Below, one piece after another: positions 34,130 to 42,690 of a DNA stretch of 64,000 nt. Position numbers and translations under genes: made by a program. Every line of letters starts with the position of its first letter. Position 1 is the stretch's first letter. The DNA is from an uncultured Chloroflexia bacterium (GTDB lineage Bacteria; Chloroflexota; Anaerolineae; CG2-30-64-16), in contig CAWEMM010000006.1 in assembly GCA_963810095.1 (NCBI GenBank), positions 416,001-480,000 on the forward strand, read 5' to 3'. The notes beneath the pieces were generated by a model. It searched no databases. It saw nothing but the letters and a program-made list of their open reading frames with translations, and was not told the origin of the DNA.

Positions 34130-34405
34130 CTACGCTTCGCCGAAATTAGCGGCCACGAGGGCAACCAGCGCGTCGAGCGCTTCCGCGGCCTGCTCGCCTT
34201 CCGCGTCGATCTCGATCGTGTGGCCCTGCTGAACGCCAAGCGTGAGCACGCTCAAAATGCTCTTCGCGTTGACGGCTTTGCCGTCGGAAGTGACGTTGCG
34301 CACGGCAATGGTGCAGGGATACTTACCTGCGAGCTTGACGAATTGCGAGGCGGGGCGCGCATGCAGCCCGACCTTGTGCTCCACCGCGACTTCAGTCTTT
34401 GCCAT
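34130..34405 (-). CDS. ptsH: HPr phosphocarrier
   Basis: GLHARPA, NAKSIL. Confidence 0.93.
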   Translation of the reverse strand: MAKTEVAVEHKVGLHARPASQFVKLAGKYPCTIAVRNVTSDGKAVNAKSILSVLTLGVQQGHTIEIDAEGEQAAEALDALVALVAANFGEA

Positions 34406-34889
34406 GTTTTGCAACCTGTCTTGGGCCCATTAAGCGGTACTCCGGCGCAATCCGCCGCAGGTTCGCGCCGTTGGCGACGAGGCGCGCGTGTTCCCACAAC
34501 TCCCGCTCGTCGATGATGGCCTTGACCGCTTCGACGCTCTTTCGCATCGGCAAAAGTCCCGCGGCCCGTGAGACAAACGGAAAACCCGCCTTCTCCACGG
34601 CCTCTTGCCACGGCAGCTCGGTGCGCCCCGGCCGCGCAGCCTTTGGCTTGGGCGTGCTCGCACCGTGGCGCCTTCGCTCCGGCGCGCTGGTCTCCACCTC
34701 GGGCGTGAGGGTGGCCGCGGCGGCCACAACCAGGTAGCGATAAATCCGGACGAGGTTCGACCACGACAAGTACATCAGCACGCCGTACAAGACGATGACC
34801 AGGCCAAGCACGAGCGCATGGGCCTCGTAAAAACCGAGCACCGACGTGCCGGCCTCCCCGATCATCGATTCGACCAAACCACGAATCAT
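34392..34889 (-). CDS. Hypothetical single-TM protein within the PTS operon
   Basis: ORF between IIC and HPr genes, overlapping the HPr start; one TM helix. Confidence 0.6.
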   Translation of the reverse strand: MIRGLVESMIGEAGTSVLGFYEAHALVLGLVIVLYGVLMYLSWSNLVRIYRYLVVAAAATLTPEVETSAPERRRHGASTPKPKAARPGRTELPWQEAVEKAGFPFVSRAAGLLPMRKSVEAVKAIIDERELWEHARLVANGANLRRIAPEYRLMGPRQVAKHGKD

Positions 34890-35024
34890 GGCATCTTACC
34901 CCCGGCCCACGGCCGAAAACGCGGATGACGCTGACCAGGCGCGGCGGCCTCGCGTAGCGCCGCCAACTGGCTGAAGCGACGATGTCGCCGGACCAGCGTC
35001 ATCCGCTCCTTGCGGGCCTCGGTA

Positions 35025-36494
35025 TTAGCGAAGCGCAGGCTTAGCGGGCGGCTGCGCGGACGACTTTCCCGCAACGGCCGGCTTTTCACGGCGAGAAGCG
35101 CCGGCGAAGACCTCCCAGGCCTCCTCGTTGCGCTTGAACAGGAAGAAGCCCAGGCCGGTGATGATGGCGAACAGCGCCATGCCGATCCAGCCCAGGTACT
35201 TACCGGCGGCCAGGAACGCGAGCGGGGTCCAGACGAAGCCGTCGGCGATGCTCGAGATGTACGGCGCATTGACCGCATTCTCGGGCACCTTGAACCCGGC
35301 CTCCAGCGCCACCTTGGTGATGGTGGGAGCTAGCGCGTTGGAGACGTAGAAGCCGATGATCAGCAGGACGGTGCCGATGATCACCATGCGGATAACGTTA
35401 CCTTTCGCGGCCGGCGCGAACTGCGTGCAGAGGAACACCAGCACGGCCAGGTCGGCGAAGAGGAGCATGTGGTTGCCCGGCAGGATCAGCATGAGGATGA
35501 TCGCGATCGGGACCAGGAGCAGGCCCGCCGAGATGTTGGCCGGATGACCGACGAGGACGGCGGAATCGAGGCCGATGTAGATCTCCCGGTTGCTGGCCCG
35601 CTTCGCCATGAAGGTGCGGGCAGCTTCGGAGACGGGGATCAAGCCTTCCATGAGGATGCGCACCATGCGGGGCAGCAAGACCATAACCGCAGCCATGTTG
35701 ATACCGAGGACCAGGATCTTGGCCAACGTGGGGATGAAGCCTGCGGTGCTAAACTCGCGAAAGTAGGCGAACAGACCAAGGGCAGAACCGATGATCAGGC
35801 CCAGAATCATGGGGTCGCCGAAGGTCGGTCCCAGCCTGCGCTCGATGCCCTCGGTGTCGGCATTGAGGCTCCGCAGTCCCGGGATCTTGCTGATAACCCA
35901 GTTGAGCGGGATGCCAATGAGCGAGAGCGGCGCGGTCATCCCGTGCGGAATGGAGATGCCGGGGAGCTCGTAGAACTCCTGGATAGCGCGGCCCGTCCAG
36001 TCGCCGAGCAGGAGCATGAAGGCGGCGCCGATGCCTGCGGCCACCAGGCCCATCAACAGGTTGCCGGTCACCGCGGTGACCAGCGAGCCCAGGAAGGCGT
36101 AGTGCCAGAAGTTCCACACGTCGACGTTGAGCGTCTTGGTCACGTTGGTTAACAGCAGGACGATGTTGACGATCAACGCGACAGGGATTACGGCGAGGCC
36201 GACCTTGGTGGCAAAGGCCACGGCCGCGGCGGCAGGCCACCCGACGTCCACGATGGACATTTGAACGCCGGTGTTCTGCACCAGCGCCTGGGACACGCCG
36301 GCGAGGGCGCCCCACATGAGGCCGATGACGAGGTTAATACCGACGAATGCGACGCCGATCGTGACGGCCGACCGGAAAGCACGGCCTGGTTTCGCGCCGA
36401 GAATCAACGCGAAGATGAAGATGAACAGCGGGAGGAGGACCGAAGCACCGAGCGTGTCGACCGCTGTCTTGAGCCCGGAGAGAATTGCATCCAT
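35025..36494 (-). CDS. gatC: PTS galactitol-class IIC
   Basis: VDVGWP, LNVDVWNFWHY, PRMVRILMEGL, IGLDSA. Confidence 0.9.
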   Translation of the reverse strand: MDAILSGLKTAVDTLGASVLLPLFIFIFALILGAKPGRAFRSAVTIGVAFVGINLVIGLMWGALAGVSQALVQNTGVQMSIVDVGWPAAAAVAFATKVGLAVIPVALIVNIVLLLTNVTKTLNVDVWNFWHYAFLGSLVTAVTGNLLMGLVAAGIGAAFMLLLGDWTGRAIQEFYELPGISIPHGMTAPLSLIGIPLNWVISKIPGLRSLNADTEGIERRLGPTFGDPMILGLIIGSALGLFAYFREFSTAGFIPTLAKILVLGINMAAVMVLLPRMVRILMEGLIPVSEAARTFMAKRASNREIYIGLDSAVLVGHPANISAGLLLVPIAIILMLILPGNHMLLFADLAVLVFLCTQFAPAAKGNVIRMVIIGTVLLIIGFYVSNALAPTITKVALEAGFKVPENAVNAPYISSIADGFVWTPLAFLAAGKYLGWIGMALFAIITGLGFFLFKRNEEAWEVFAGASRREKPAVAGKSSAQPPAKPALR

Positions 36495-36606
36495 GGAATT
36501 GCTCCTTTGCCAGAATCAGAGAGTCGAGAATCCATAGGTGAATGAATGACACGAAGGGTGAACACTCGATAGGCATCGCTCCTTTCCTGGCTGCCCACTG
36601 CCCGGC

Positions 36607-36891
36607 CTACTGCTTCAGCACGTCGATGATCTGCTTCAGCACCGCATCTGTGCCGATGCCCGTCAGAAAGGGCAAGCCCTTGATCACCGGAATGCCGGGG
36701 TCGCCCCGCAGTGGCGTCGTGGTGACGATGAGATCCGCGCCGTCCTGGAGGACGATGGGGACCTCCGCCGCCTTGCACTGTTTGACCTTGACCGCGATGC
36801 CGTTCTTTTTGCAGGCCTCCTCGATGGCCATAGCCACCACCGTGGAAGTAGCAACTGCGGTGCCGCATGAGACGATGACTGTCTTGGCCAT
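36607..36891 (-). CDS. gatB: PTS galactitol-class IIB
   Basis: CGTAVATST, PFLTGIG. Confidence 0.88.
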   Translation of the reverse strand: MAKTVIVSCGTAVATSTVVAMAIEEACKKNGIAVKVKQCKAAEVPIVLQDGADLIVTTTPLRGDPGIPVIKGLPFLTGIGTDAVLKQIIDVLKQ

Positions 36892-36930
36892 GGTTGATCT
36901 GCTCCTATACGTGGGTTGGGGCGTTCAGTT

Positions 36931-37386
36931 CTAGGCTAACAACGCCAGAGCCTCCGCGACGCTGGTCGCCGCCACCAGGCGGAGCACCAGGTCGGGCTGC
37001 TGCAGGACGCCGGAGACTTGCTGCAGCATTTCGATTTGAGACTTCGGCTGCTCGAGCGCGAGCATGATGACCAGGCGCACGGGGACGTCCTCTTCGGGGT
37101 CCACCATGTTCTGGAATACGACCGGGGTGGTCAGCGTTGCGAGCGCGAGCGCGGGGCTGTTGACGTATTCGATGTCCACATGGGGGATGGCAGCGTTAAT
37201 CTCGCCGCCCAGAGGTAGGCCGGTTGGCATCTCTGCCTCGCGGCGAAGCGTCGCTTCGACGAAACCGTCTTTGACGCGACCGAGCCCGCGCAGTCGTTCG
37301 CCGAGGACGCGAATCACGTCCTCGGAACTGGCGGCCTGGAACTGAAGCACGACGGCTTCCTGTGGCAGAAACTGAGCCAGGGACAT
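36931..37386 (-). CDS. gatA: PTS IIA (fructose/mannitol/galactitol type)
   Basis: RREAEMPTGL, AIPH, PVVFQNM. Confidence 0.85.
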   Translation of the reverse strand: MSLAQFLPQEAVVLQFQAASSEDVIRVLGERLRGLGRVKDGFVEATLRREAEMPTGLPLGGEINAAIPHVDIEYVNSPALALATLTTPVVFQNMVDPEEDVPVRLVIMLALEQPKSQIEMLQQVSGVLQQPDLVLRLVAATSVAEALALLA

Positions 37387-37417
37387 CTGCCCACCATCTT
37401 GAGGAGATTGGGGAACC

Positions 37418-37483
37418 AATTCACATCTGTGAATTTCTAAACACGATTAACACCAGTATATGAGCAAAGTTTCGCTCTGTCAA
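37418..37483 (-). promoter_or_regulatory. PTS operon promoter with palindromic operator
   Basis: TTGACA-17bp-TATACT (37483-37455) and palindrome AATTCACA-tc-TGTGAATT (37418-37435). Confidence 0.7.
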
Positions 37484-37553
37484 GAGGCAAATAGCGAAAA
37501 ACGTTCTACCCGTGCGAGTAATCGGTGACGCGAATCCTGGATCGGCCATAGAA

Positions 37554-37582
37554 TTGACTGATACTGCTCAGAATGATAGTAT
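37554..37582 (+). promoter_or_regulatory. Promoter of the left tRNA-Arg
   Basis: TTGACT-17bp-(TGa)TAGTAT, 24 bp upstream of the tRNA. Confidence 0.65.
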
Positions 37583-37605
37583 CGGCGAAGGTGGAAACGC
37601 CGCTT

Positions 37606-37679
37606 GCCCCCGTAGCTCAGGTGGATAGAGCGAGGCACTCCTAACGCCTAGGCCGAGCGTTCGAGTCGCTCCGGGGGTA
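37606..37679 (+). tRNA. tRNA-Arg(CCT), left copy (attL)
   Basis: Cloverleaf GCCCCCG/CGGGGGT, D arm GCTC/GAGC with A20, anticodon loop CT-CCT-AA, T loop TTCGAGT; CCA not encoded. Confidence 0.92.
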
Positions 37680-37681
37680 CT

Positions 37682-37740
37682 TTACTACTACCTGTAGTGT
37701 TTTTCCCTCAGAATTCCCCATATATAGTGGTAGCGCTGTC
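37682..37740. repeat. Left internal inverted repeat of the island (two palindromic boxes)
   Basis: ctactacctgtagt...cccatatatagtggtagcgctgtc matches the reverse complement of 53807-53867. Confidence 0.85.
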
Positions 37741-37754
37741 CAGGAGTAAGGTGG

Positions 37755-38684
37755 ATGGCGCGCATAGACCTAGGAACTCGTTTAAAAGTAGTTCAATCCC
37801 AACCGGCATCGGACATTCAGCAGGCGGGTGATTTGTTCCTGCTGGACTGCCGCGCCCGGCGTCTCAGCCCCGGCACGCTCGATAGTTACACCCGGCGCAT
37901 GCGTAGTTTTCAAGCTTGGTTCCACGAAAACGGCATCACCCGGCTCGTGGACCTCACGTCTCATCACATTCGCGCCTACCTCGTGCACCTTCAAGATCGC
38001 GGCCTGGATGACGACACGGTCATCACCGAGTACCGCGTGTTGCGGGCCTGGCTGAACTTCTGCGTCCAGGAAGAAATGATCAGCGCCAGCCCCATGAAAA
38101 AAGTACGGTCCCCGCGCTTGCCCAAGGAGATTCTGCCTGCCTTCGCGCCCGAAGATGTACAGAAGCTTCTCGCAGTCTGCCAGACGCCGCGCGACAAGGC
38201 CATCATCCTCTGCCTGCTCGACACAGGCTGCCGGGTGTCGGAGTTCGCAGCCCTCAACATCGGCGATGTGGACGCGCAGAACGGCGCGGTCCAAGTGAAG
38301 CTCGGCAAGGGCCGCAAGGACAGAATCGTATACTTGGGGGCCAAGGCCCTGCGCGCCCTGCTGAAATACCTGCGCACCCGGCCAGACTCCAAGCCCGCCG
38401 ATGCGCTGTGGCTGAGCGAGAAACGCCGGGAGCGACTGACGCTGTGGGGCCTGGAAGAGCTTCTGTCGCGGCTTGGGAAGCGCGCGGGCGTCGAGCACGT
38501 CAACCCGCACACCTTTCGGCGGTCATTCGCGCTGTGGAGCCTGCGCAGTGGCATGGACATCTTTAGCCTACAACGGCTGATGGGCCACGCCGACCTAACC
38601 GTTCTTCACAGGTATCTCGCCTTGGTAGAAGGCGACCTTGAAGCCGCACATCGGCAGCACGGCGCGGTCGACAACATGCTGTAA
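37755..38684 (+). CDS. Tyrosine recombinase/integrase, XerC/D-like (core-binding + catalytic domains only)
   Basis: DTGCRVSE (R), GKGRKDR (K), HTFRR, MGH, RYL catalytic set intact; N-terminal SAM-like domain; 309 aa. Confidence 0.93.
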   Translation: MARIDLGTRLKVVQSQPASDIQQAGDLFLLDCRARRLSPGTLDSYTRRMRSFQAWFHENGITRLVDLTSHHIRAYLVHLQDRGLDDDTVITEYRVLRAWLNFCVQEEMISASPMKKVRSPRLPKEILPAFAPEDVQKLLAVCQTPRDKAIILCLLDTGCRVSEFAALNIGDVDAQNGAVQVKLGKGRKDRIVYLGAKALRALLKYLRTRPDSKPADALWLSEKRRERLTLWGLEELLSRLGKRAGVEHVNPHTFRRSFALWSLRSGMDIFSLQRLMGHADLTVLHRYLALVEGDLEAAHRQHGAVDNML

Positions 38685-38806
38685 CCCTTGCTGCGGAGCT
38701 TCAGCACTGGCGGTGGTCCTTGCCGGAGGTCGTCACACGGCCACCGGCAAGTTGCATTTTGCGCCCGGCCAGCAGGCGACGATCTTGCAGTGAGGGGAAA
38801 AGAGCC

Positions 38807-39214
38807 ATGCGTACACAGACTATTCTGAACAAAGCCATGGTCCAACGCCTCTATGAGGACGTCTGGAACCGAAATGACCCGGCGGCAGCCGCCGACATCT
38901 TCGCTCAACCGAGCGGCGCCCAAGCCTATGTCAGCCAGTTTCGCGCGGCGTTTCCGGACGTGCACCGTACGGTGCTGACAATGGTTGCGGAAGGGGACGT
39001 CGTGATGACGCACTGGACAGCCCGGGCAGCCCATCTGGGCCAATGGCACGATCTCGCCGCCACCGGCGCTCGCGTGCGTTGGACAGGCGTTACCATCGCC
39101 CATGTGGCCGATGGGAAGATCGTGGCGGACCAGACGGTGTGGGACGCGCTGGGTCTGTTGGAGCAGACCGGCGCGGTCCCGCGAATCAGGGAGGCCGACG
39201 GTACTCAGCTGTAG
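38807..39214 (+). CDS. SnoaL-like ester cyclase / NTF2 fold
   Basis: NKAMVQR, FRAAFPD, VAEGDVV, ATGARV, DGKIV. Confidence 0.85.
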   Translation: MRTQTILNKAMVQRLYEDVWNRNDPAAAADIFAQPSGAQAYVSQFRAAFPDVHRTVLTMVAEGDVVMTHWTARAAHLGQWHDLAATGARVRWTGVTIAHVADGKIVADQTVWDALGLLEQTGAVPRIREADGTQL

Positions 39215-39439
39215 TCGGGGTTAGGAGCCGCACGCTGCGCGTAAGGGCCTCCCGCTTGATCGCGTCCGGAATGCGGAGGGCTGGAACCCGCCAGCCACCC
39301 CGATACATCGCGGCTGCGTAGAATGCCGATCAGCCTGCGGCTACCAGGACATATGCCGACCTCGTATCGCATGCTGCCACCAACCTCGCTAACCTATGCG
39401 AGCTTAAGCCGGGACAAGCATGTCTTTGTTTGTCGGGCC

Positions 39440-39616
39440 ACACGCGTCCTGGTGCCTCAGATTGCGCGCAACCTGCCTCGGCGCGCGCCGCAAAACAGTC
39501 GTACAATAGGAACGCGCAGCAGATGACAAACACTGCTCGCCGCGCATGACGAAGCAGCATGACCGTACCAGAGGTCCTTTCTGATGTTGGAGAGCCTGTA
39601 ACGCCGAGGTATCTGA
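39440..39616 (+). pseudogene. Decayed 3' end of a tyrosine recombinase (relic 1)
   Basis: Frameshifted translation LRAT...NAQQM..HCSPRMTKQHDRT...; ends 3 nt before the GNAT ATG; 52/68 nt identical to relic 3 over 39498-39565 vs 45180-45247. Confidence 0.65.
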
Positions 39617-39619
39617 TCA

Positions 39620-40411
39620 ATGAAATCGTCTGCTGAGTTGTTGGCCGCGTCGGACGCCAACATGATTGCGTTCTGGTCGGCCTATGGTCGCGGGGCTGGC
39701 TGCACCTCGCAGGTTGCGCCGGGCGTGGTCTGGGTCTATACGGGCATCCCGACCCCGTTGTTCAACTGCGTGCTGCTGTCCGACGCCGGGGCAGCGGATG
39801 TGCAGGCGACTGCGGACGCGGTCCGGGCGAAGATCGATGAGCGGGGCGTACCGGCCATGTGGTGGGTCGGCCCGCAGGCTGGGCAAGACGACGTCGCCCC
39901 GCGGCTGGAGCGGATTGGCCTTGCCCCTGCCGGGGAAGTGCCCGGCATGGCGCTCGACCTGGCGCTGCTGAATGACGCACATGAGGCGCGTCCGGAGTTC
40001 ACAGTCGAGCGCGTCCACGGGACCGTGATGCAAGCGCTGTGGGGGCACACTGCCGGGATCGGGACGGGTTTCCCGGATGAGACCAGCGCCGCGCTGGCAC
40101 AGGTTGAAGCGACCCTGAACGACTCGGAGTATCTGGCGCAGCGCCGCTATATCGGTTACTTGAATGGCGAGCCGGTGGCGACGTCGGCCCTGGTATTGGC
40201 TGCGGGAGTGGCAGGCATCTATGCCGTCGCCACAGTGCCCGCGGCCCGCCGCAGGGGCATTGGTCGGCTGATGACGGTGCTCCCACTACTGGAGGCCAGG
40301 CGGGAAGGTTATCACAGCGGCATCCTCCAGTCGTCGGCGATGGGCTATCCGGTGTACAAGGCGATTGGTTTTGAAGAGGTGAGCCGGTACAGGCTTTATG
40401 CGCAGGCTTAG
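39620..40411 (+). CDS. GNAT-family acetyltransferase
   Basis: GEPVAT, AGIYAVATVPAARRRGIG, YKAIGF. Confidence 0.88.
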   Translation: MKSSAELLAASDANMIAFWSAYGRGAGCTSQVAPGVVWVYTGIPTPLFNCVLLSDAGAADVQATADAVRAKIDERGVPAMWWVGPQAGQDDVAPRLERIGLAPAGEVPGMALDLALLNDAHEARPEFTVERVHGTVMQALWGHTAGIGTGFPDETSAALAQVEATLNDSEYLAQRRYIGYLNGEPVATSALVLAAGVAGIYAVATVPAARRRGIGRLMTVLPLLEARREGYHSGILQSSAMGYPVYKAIGFEEVSRYRLYAQA

Positions 40412-40439
40412 TGGATCGCGCCAGGCTTGCGACATCGAG

Positions 40440-40790
40440 GGCAGCGCGGCCTCAACCCGCGCCTGGGGGAGGCTCGGAGACATCAGCCCGCCGGTCGGCC
40501 TGGCACCAGCACCTATACGGTCAGCCTGTCCCTGGTTGTCGAGCCGCTTGTGAAGACCCAGGCGGGTGCCGCGCGCATCACAGCCCGCGCAGCGCGCCCT
40601 GGCCCTGGACTGGCTGTGGGCCAACTACCACGGCAAGGCCAAGTACAGAGACGTCTGGTTCGAGTGGGCAGGCAAGCCGCTGCTCATCGCGTTCGACCCG
40701 ATGACCTTAACGATGCGAGTGTCGGCAACATATCCCATCAGCTACATGATCCGGAACTGGACGGGTCGCCGCGGCGCAGATCGAAGTTGA
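40440..40790 (+). pseudogene. Fragment of a larger protein (glycoside-hydrolase-like?)
   Basis: ALDWLWANYHGKAKYRDVWFEWAGKPLLIAFDP looks coding, but has no start and is truncated. Confidence 0.35.
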
Positions 40791-40870
40791 CGCCTCTGAG
40801 GACTGTATGTCGTTGAACGACTTTCGCATGGCCTTCACTTAATTCACATTTTCCATCCCGACGTCCCTCT

Positions 40871-41221
40871 CTACTCTGCTTTATCCGCGGCTCTTATTAT
40901 GGTCTTGGCAGCTTCTCGGTCAACCGATTCCTGATAGATGTCGGCGTAAGTTTTCAAATCTTTGATCAGATCGTCACAGAAAGCCGCCACGTCTCTGCCC
41001 GTCACTTCGAGCACGCCTTTCCCCGCGGCCGCGCCCGCTTCAAAGAGATCAATGATCCCCGAGAGCAAACCCGTCCCCTCGCTTAGCTCTACCGGGCCGA
41101 CCTTGAAGAGATACTGCTGAATCTCCTTGTAGACAATCTGGTAGTCCCGCGGGAGCGCATTGACACGCGCCATGTGCGCTCGCCACTCTTTTTTGCCTTC
41201 GATCATATCTCGTATGCTCAT
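40871..41221 (-). CDS. DUF1048-family protein
   Basis: KKEWR...LPRDYQIVYKEIQ...GRDVAAFCDDL. Confidence 0.88.
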   Translation of the reverse strand: MSIRDMIEGKKEWRAHMARVNALPRDYQIVYKEIQQYLFKVGPVELSEGTGLLSGIIDLFEAGAAAGKGVLEVTGRDVAAFCDDLIKDLKTYADIYQESVDREAAKTIIRAADKAE

Positions 41222-41230
41222 GCTGTCCTC

Positions 41231-41578
41231 CTACTTGCCCAATTTCCTGGCGACATTGTTGTTCAGCTGCTCGCGCCACTTATCGCGATAGGACTGTGCC
41301 CCTGCTTCGCCAGCGAGCGCAGCACAGAAGCCGCTGATGTCGTCACCCAAGACCTCCTTAACGCTCTGACCCTCCGCCGCCGTTTCTTCGAGCAGGCCAA
41401 GCACACCGTCAAGAATGGGCATGAGGTTGCGACCGGCAAAGTCTGTGTACGGCCAAAGATTGGCGTTGACCTGCACCCATGCCGTTTGATAATCAGGCGG
41501 CAGCTTTTTGGCTCGCGACTCGAAGGTCTTCCATTCCTTCTTCATGTCACTGCCAGTAATCTTGTCCCAGAAGCTCAT
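41231..41578 (-). CDS. DUF1048-family protein
   Basis: SFWDKITGSD...LPPDYQ...LGDDISGFC...YRDKWREQLN. Confidence 0.88.
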   Translation of the reverse strand: MSFWDKITGSDMKKEWKTFESRAKKLPPDYQTAWVQVNANLWPYTDFAGRNLMPILDGVLGLLEETAAEGQSVKEVLGDDISGFCAALAGEAGAQSYRDKWREQLNNNVARKLGK

Positions 41579-41904
41579 TGTTTCTTCTCCTTCAACTCCC
41601 TGATTTTTGATGATACAAACCCCCATTTCGTCCAGAACGCGGCGAGTTCCTGCCGCCCCGCCTCGTTAAGCCTGTAGAACTTGCGCGGCGGCCCCATGTC
41701 GGACGGCCGTTTTTCGATATCCACGAGGTTGTTCTTCTCGAGCCGGACCAGGATGGTATAGACCGTCCCATCTACAACGTCCGAGAATCCAAGCGCGTTC
41801 AGCCGCCGGGTGATCTCGTAGCCGTAGATTTCCTCGTGGCTGATGATTTCAAGAACACAGCCCTCCAGCACGCCTTTGAGCATTTCAGTTAGGTTTTCTG
41901 CCAT
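41575..41904 (-). CDS. PadR-family regulator
   Basis: EMLKGVLEGCVL, YGYEI, GTVYTILVRLE, GPPRKFY. Confidence 0.92.
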   Translation of the reverse strand: MAENLTEMLKGVLEGCVLEIISHEEIYGYEITRRLNALGFSDVVDGTVYTILVRLEKNNLVDIEKRPSDMGPPRKFYRLNEAGRQELAAFWTKWGFVSSKIRELKEKKQ

Positions 41905-41964
41905 GCAGCTTCACTCCCATGCTATCCTGTATGACCTGTATTGAGTGTGACTTAGTACTGGTAT

Positions 41965-41993
41965 AAAGTAACACAGAATAGCGTGGCTGTCAA
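41965..41993 (-). promoter_or_regulatory. Promoter of padR-DUF1048 operon
   Basis: TTGACA-17bp-TACTTT. Confidence 0.55.
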
Positions 41994-42217
41994 TGGTTTG
42001 ATCGCCAACATCCGTCATGATAAAGGTTCTCCCACGCGTGCTGGTCAAGCTCCCCCTGGGGGCATTGACTAATACAGGCCATTGCGTGCAATCCCCCCAC
42101 CCTAGTGTCGAGCGCCGCGGGGAGTAGGATCGCTACCTGCCACAGGCCGTGTCCGCAGGCGCTAACTTAGCAGAAGCAGCGCGCCAACCCCTCTCACGTC
42201 ATCCCTTCCCGCACGCC

Positions 42218-42303
42218 AAGAAGAAGCAGAATAATAAGAACAATCAGAATCCACAGGTTAGGGGGTGTAAGGTTCTGATCACTCTTCTTCTTCTGATCGT
42301 TTT
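42218..42303. repeat. Purine/pyrimidine (AAG/CTT) imperfect inverted repeat
   Basis: aagaagaagcagaataataagaacaatcagaa...ttctgatcactcttcttcttctgatc. Confidence 0.55.
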
Positions 42304-42429
42304 CCACCCGCGGCTGTGGACACCTAGCCGATGTGGCGGGCATGCACGCACAACCGCCGCCCCTCGACAGTGCGCACGAAACGCGGCTGGCTCTCGCTGT
42401 GCAGGTCGTGGCCCAGGGGATCAATCCCA

Positions 42430-42620
42430 TGCCACAGCCGCGGTGGACCTGCGAATCGCCATCATGCTGCGCAGTAAGCTTCACCGCCTGCCTACACATC
42501 GGTGGTACAATCGAGCCTGCACAGCAGATGGCAACCACGGATCGCCGCGCACGACCCGGCTGTATGACCGGACCAATTGCGCGAGCAGCCTGGCTGGATC
42601 GACAAGCTAATTACACTCCG
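42430..42620 (+). pseudogene. Decayed 3' end of a tyrosine recombinase (relic 2)
   Basis: CAVSFTACLHIGGTIEPAQQMA then (frameshift) NHGSPRTTRLYDRTN. Confidence 0.75.
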
Positions 42621-42690
42621 ACCGTGAGGGTGAGCGGCTTCAAGGGTGCCAGGTGTATGTCTACCAGCCCATTAAGGGGAAGGTGCGAAC

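Noticed and set aside
32143-34149. Long antisense ORFs (e.g. 668 aa opposite ptsI; 501 aa opposite the mannosidase)
   Set aside because: Shadow ORFs caused by high GC and codon bias; the opposite strands carry the conserved motifs.
37755-38684. Integron integrase IntI or chromosomal xerC/xerD
   Set aside because: It lacks the IntI-specific insertion before HxxR and has no recognisable attI. Its motifs and tRNA-adjacent island context argue against housekeeping Xer.
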